Shown here: positions 61,909 to 64,000 of the stretch, piece after piece
How positions within the stretch are numbered: the stretch's first letter is position 1
Layout of the letters: each line of letters opens with the position of its first letter
From: Alphaproteobacteria bacterium
Lineage (GTDB): Bacteria; Pseudomonadota; Alphaproteobacteria; JAIXQD01
Assembly: GCA_965246895.1 (NCBI GenBank)
Contig: OZ251993.1
Location: 466,654 to 530,653 of the forward strand
DNA length: 64,000 nucleotides
Direction: 5' to 3'
The notes under the pieces: model-generated
What the model saw: only the letters and a program-made list of their open reading frames with translations
Told to the model about the DNA's origin: nothing
Databases searched by the model: none
Translations under genes and position numbers: made by a program

Positions 61909-64000
61909 ATGACTTTTTTTGCGCGCCTTATAGTTGCTGCCTATTTTGTCTGCTGTGCACCAGCCTTTGCCTCAAACCTGATTGGTACTGGCAAGCTGGC
62001 GCGCACGCCGATTGTGACTATTAGCGAGATTGTTGTAAGCGACGATAGCGTCGCGCCGGGTGATAAGCTGACCTTGAGCCTTACCCTTACGTCTGACCAG
62101 ACTACACGCCCTGGCATCATCGCATTTCTAATCATGAATGAAAAAGATCGTGTGGTTAATCAAGCTTTAGTGGCTTTTAGTAAGCTCGAGGCCGGTAAGC
62201 CGTTCACGGCTACGCAGCAGATGGTTATCGGTAAAGACTATCCTGACGGCAGCTATGCAATCAGGGTTAGTAGTGCGGGCAGTAATTTTAGCTTCTGGAA
62301 ACTTAAACAAAACGCGTTTCGGGTTTCGCGCATTGTTGAATCTGCTTGTGGCAAAAGTCACAATGGCTCTTTTGTCGCCGCGCCTGCAACTGATCTGTGT
62401 GCTGCAGGTCAAGCCAGCGGCGTTAGCTTGCAGGGTGCTGATTTCATATGGTCTTGTACAAATGCAATCGGCCTTTCTGTCAATTGCAAAGCCAGCAAGT
62501 TAGTACCGGTTGATAGTGTTTGCGGCGCCGCGAATGGCACATTACGTACGACAAGACCAAGCGATAATGAGCTTTGCGCCGTTGGTAACACCTCGCCTCT
62601 AACACTTGATGCTGGAGGTAATTTTCACTGGTCTTGCTTTGGGCTGAACGGCGGTACGGATCATGACTGTGCGGCTGCGATACAGCCGCCCGTGACCTAT
62701 GGGTGGGCAGTTGGAGCCTATGGTGAATATAGTAGTTGTAGCGGTGGCAAACAGGCCCGTACACGTAGCGTACAATGCATGGGATCTGATCAAAAGGTGG
62801 CTGCTGACAGCAAGTGCGGCGGTGAACGGCCGATTGCCGAAGACACGCGCGCTTGCGCAACCCCGATCGACGGTCAATGCGGGCCTAGCAATACTGTTTC
62901 TGACACCATTGGCACGCCATCTAGCAGCCCCTACACTTGCTTATCCGGCCAAATCGCTAACCTTAAAGTGGGAACAGATATCGCGACCTGGACCTGTTTA
63001 GGCCAGAACGGGGGGGCTGATACAGCGTGCAAGGCCAAAGTTGCTGCGGGTATTGATATTGCAAGTCTATTAGGGCCGATGAGCATCCCCCCTTCGAATG
63101 TGCCTGATGTGGTGGGCGCTTTCCGGTTCTTGTGCGGGCCAGGTCAAGTGTTGCCTGACGATCCGATTGTTTATCCAGGCCAACCTGGCAGAGCGCATTT
63201 GCATCAATTCTTCGGCAATCTAGGCGCCAATGCTAATTCTACATACGAAAGCCTTCGTGCTAGTGGTGATAGCACCTGCATGAACGAGCTCAATCGCTCG
63301 GCATACTGGATGCCAGCGATGCTGGATGGTAGGGGCAATGTCGTGCGGCCTGATAACGTATCGGTCTACTATAAACGCCGCCCCAAATCAGATCCATTCT
63401 GCACAACAGCTGCGGACGGCTGCGTCGATATTCCCCGTGGGCTACGCCTGATCTTCGGGTGGGATCAAACGCAACCAACTGTACCACAGCCAGAGAACGT
63501 GTCGCATTTCAACTTTAAATGCGTTGCTAATTTCCATCCAACCACAGCGGCTTTCGCTAATATGGTTGAACCGCTAAAAGATTGCAAAGTGGGGCAACAA
63601 TTGGTCGGCGTGATTCAAACGCCGGTATGCTGGGATGGCCATAATCTTGACAGCCCGGATCACCGCAGTCATGTCGTTGATATGATCCGCGACGGAACGA
63701 CAAATTGGCAGTCTCAATGCCCTGCCACCCATCCAAAGCTGCTGCCGCAATTCACGATGGGCGTGCAATGGACAATTGGTGCTGAGGACGACCCAACTAA
63801 ATGGACGCTTTCCAGCGATCACATGAAGCCTGGCGCGCTTCCTGGCGAGACCTTCCATTCCGACTATTTTGAAGGATGGGAGGAAAGCATCCGAGCACGC
63901 TGGCATGCTGGGTGTATTGACCATCTGCTAAACTGTTCGGACGGTGACCTGGGTGACGGACAAATCATGACGCGTGGTAAATTCTATCCATCTGGCCCGG
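61909..64000 (+). CDS. Secreted protein with Cys-rich repeats, TSP1-like module and DUF1996 domain; runs off the window
   Basis: Translated by hand (absent from the ORF track): signal MTFFARLIVAAYFVCCAPAFA; DDPIVYPGQPGRAHLHQFFGN, NRSAYW, CWDGHNLDSPDHRSH, FHSDYFEGW. Confidence 0.88.
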   Translation, partial: MTFFARLIVAAYFVCCAPAFASNLIGTGKLARTPIVTISEIVVSDDSVAPGDKLTLSLTLTSDQTTRPGIIAFLIMNEKDRVVNQALVAFSKLEAGKPFTATQQMVIGKDYPDGSYAIRVSSAGSNFSFWKLKQNAFRVSRIVESACGKSHNGSFVAAPATDLCAAGQASGVSLQGADFIWSCTNAIGLSVNCKASKLVPVDSVCGAANGTLRTTRPSDNELCAVGNTSPLTLDAGGNFHWSCFGLNGGTDHDCAAAIQPPVTYGWAVGAYGEYSSCSGGKQARTRSVQCMGSDQKVAADSKCGGERPIAEDTRACATPIDGQCGPSNTVSDTIGTPSSSPYTCLSGQIANLKVGTDIATWTCLGQNGGADTACKAKVAAGIDIASLLGPMSIPPSNVPDVVGAFRFLCGPGQVLPDDPIVYPGQPGRAHLHQFFGNLGANANSTYESLRASGDSTCMNELNRSAYWMPAMLDGRGNVVRPDNVSVYYKRRPKSDPFCTTAADGCVDIPRGLRLIFGWDQTQPTVPQPENVSHFNFKCVANFHPTTAAFANMVEPLKDCKVGQQLVGVIQTPVCWDGHNLDSPDHRSHVVDMIRDGTTNWQSQCPATHPKLLPQFTMGVQWTIGAEDDPTKWTLSSDHMKPGALPGETFHSDYFEGWEESIRARWHAGCIDHLLNCSDGDLGDGQIMTRGKFYPSGP

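Overview
Alphaproteobacterial chromosome segment. Left: the end of a PHA locus (phaC fragment, phaA, phaB) interrupted by an antisense pilin-like gene, a thermonuclease-domain membrane protein, and a complete rRNA operon (16S, tRNA-Ile, tRNA-Ala, 23S, 5S, tRNA-fMet). An apparently complete ~50.5 kb prophage (11262-61780) sits in that tRNA-fMet. It has a 46-bp att core duplication, a tyrosine integrase, a lambda-like head, an RcGTA-like tail tip and a lysis cassette. Its cargo is unusually rich. (i) A receiver-domain/PPDK-like fusion next to a second, inverted initiator tRNA. (ii) An operon encoding a small protein with three QWCC repeats, an extra TrpRS, a GNAT and an amidohydrolase, with a shared palindromic operator. 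(iii) A CsoR-type metal cassette inside the tail genes. (iv) A HEPN-motif gene. (v) A tightly coupled four-gene operon: HExxH-peptidase/vWA, AAA+, small protein, ankyrin-like protein. After attR a secreted Cys-rich/TSP1-like/DUF1996 gene runs off the window. All family calls come from motif recognition by eye; no database search was run.
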